Source: Dicyema japonicum (lineage: Eukaryota > Animalia > Dicyemida). From it: a DNA stretch of 64,000 nt. A program made the translations under genes and the position numbers. The stretch spans positions 347,317-411,316 of the forward strand of contig RDEW01000046.1 of NCBI GenBank assembly GCA_011109175.1. The letters run 5' to 3'. Positions 62,201 through 64,000 of this stretch are shown piece after piece; position 1 is the stretch's first letter; each line of letters begins with the position of its first letter. The notes below the pieces were generated by a model. It was not told the origin of the DNA and searched no databases. It was given only the letters and a program-made list of their open reading frames with translations.

Positions 62201-63384
62201 GTTATTTTTTTTCTAATGAAGATTACAAAATATTTGTACAATTAAATAGACTAAATTTAACTTTCTTAGTTACTTCCTATTTCTTACATTATTTACACCA
62301 TATAGTCATGTCGTCTACCGGTCGAATGAGTGTGACACCGTTATTTCGTGAAGTGTCTTCATCTTCTTAAGATGAATGTGACTTCTAGTTCCCCTTTTTC
62401 TATCATGGATGTACGAACTGATTGAGGAGGCATTGGATATACAATGTTTCAAAATATCGGGTCACTATGCTTCGAATTTCATCTGGCACAGAATTTGGAG
62501 GAACTTGCACAAGTTCATTTTGGGAGGATCAGGGAATTATTGGATATCTTCTAGAGTTGTGAGATTCACGGAAATCTAGGGATGAAGTGAAGATTTAATA
62601 ACAAATGGAAATCTAGGAGATTAAGGTCCAGCGATCTTAGATAGAATTCTGCTGGTTTTATTAAAGTTTGAGATTAAGGTCCAGCGATCTTTAGATAGAA
62701 TTCGGGGATAGTTTGAATATACTGCAAATGTTTACTAGCGTGTCACAGAAGGAGAAAGCGCTACAATAAATTTATTATTTAAAAATTAATAAAAAATTTA
62801 CAAATATAATATTATTGATTTTTTAAATTTAAAATTAACGTGGACCCGATTAGAGACGTTATGTCCACAATTGCAGGGACCTCTCCAGATATGTACTAAT
62901 TTTTGAGTCCATAAAATCTAAATTTACTTACTACTATAAAATGAGAATTTAGTGAATCGAAGTAAAACTACGTAGGGCACCTTAATGGTATGAAAACTGT
63001 ATTAATCTATTAGATATAATAAAAGGAGGCACTATAAGAAAATTTGTTAGAGTATTTCGGTTTTTATCATTTCCCTCTATGAGAGATTCACATTGTACCT
63101 TTAGCAGGTTTACTTTTTTGAAAATAATTCTGGATTCCAATGTTGAATTAGCTGCAGATAGGGATGCTGATGAATTACCAACGTGGTGTTTACAAGAATT
63201 TATTAGACAATTCGAATGAAGTTCATACAAATGATCTTAAACTATATGATCTGATTTTCTTGAATTTACTACGTTTTTAGCCTTAATCAGATCACCAAAC
63301 CATAACTTACACTATAAATTCTGCAATTGTTAGTCGTTTTTGATTATTTTGTTTTGAATAAATTCATTAAAATATTGGCTTTTG

Positions 63385-63690
63385 AGACAATGTGCTAATA
63401 AAATAAATAAAACCATTATTTTCCTAAAAGCAATAATACACTTTATTCAAGTAAAGAACAGTTTTAATAACTAATCGTAGAAATGGTTAACCAAAGAACT
63501 CCCTTTACTTCTTTTTTCTTGTTGTTGGGTGTAAGTCCTTTATAGACGATTCGGTTCCGAGTTGAAGTATTCACTGATAACAGCTTCACTCGTCAAGACA
63601 AAGCATATATGGGTGGAACCTTCAGCCGGAATGTATATCAATGAGATTCGAACCAGGGACCATTAGGCCTTTTTGCCGGCATTTATGACC
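63385..63690 (-). mobile_element. tRNA-derived SINE, diverged copy 3
   Basis: GGTTCGAATC B box. Body shares CTACGATTAGTTA...CTGTTCTTTACTT.AATAAAGTG with copies 1 and 2. Confidence 0.75.
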
Positions 63691-64000
63691 GCCAAAAATG
63701 TTAACTTATCTGTATAAACTTAGATTTTAATTTCTATATGACTCTTCGATATTTGAAACCTTGGTTACCCAATTAGGTGATTTTTTGATTAAAATTTTTA
63801 TTAAAATCGAAAACAAAATTAAAGTCTCCAAAGACCTGACAACGACCTTGTTTAAAGAATGTGTACGGTGTCCTGTCGTTTCTCCTGAATGGGAATGAAT
63901 ATACCAAGCCGTCAATATGCTCACCACACGACCACTGGTGTAACAAATATATCTTCAGTTAAAGCGAATGGAAACACCAATTCGAATTGTCGAGAAAAGT

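Noticed and set aside
62617-62703. 33-bp direct repeat pair, and the short tandem at 12435-12470, as CRISPR-like arrays
   Set aside because: Only two units each in a eukaryotic context with no cas genes. These are simple local duplications.

Overview
AT-rich animal (eukaryotic) genomic DNA. A few compact host genes split by miniature GT-AG introns (about 21-29 nt) sit among dense, nested transposon remnants. Host genes rebuilt by manual splicing: CEP43/FGFR1OP-like (-, 2964-3678), ceramide synthase (-, 16271-17344), calcium channel alpha2/delta subunit (-, 26498-30067), Bet1-like SNARE (+, 31471-31840), a multi-C-type-lectin receptor (+, 33989-36451) and a small MG-start acylation-motif protein (-, 49012-49259). 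The micro-introns plus metazoan and centriolar genes suggest a reduced parasitic animal such as a dicyemid or myxozoan (inference). Mobile elements include APE-type LINEs (RTE-like and Jockey/L2-like), some carrying 2A StopGo motifs (DxExNPGP), and five fragments of CRE-like RLE retrotransposons. There is also a tRNA-derived SINE family, hAT- and Merlin-type MITEs, and Tigger, MULE, CGGBP1-like hAT and Helitron remnants. Most notable are Ginger-like integrase and Merlin transposase genes that carry host-style micro-introns. Three host genes each show a single -1 break at a homopolymer, probably an assembly error. There is an assembly gap at 57312-57905. All gene models and family assignments are by eye, without database searches.
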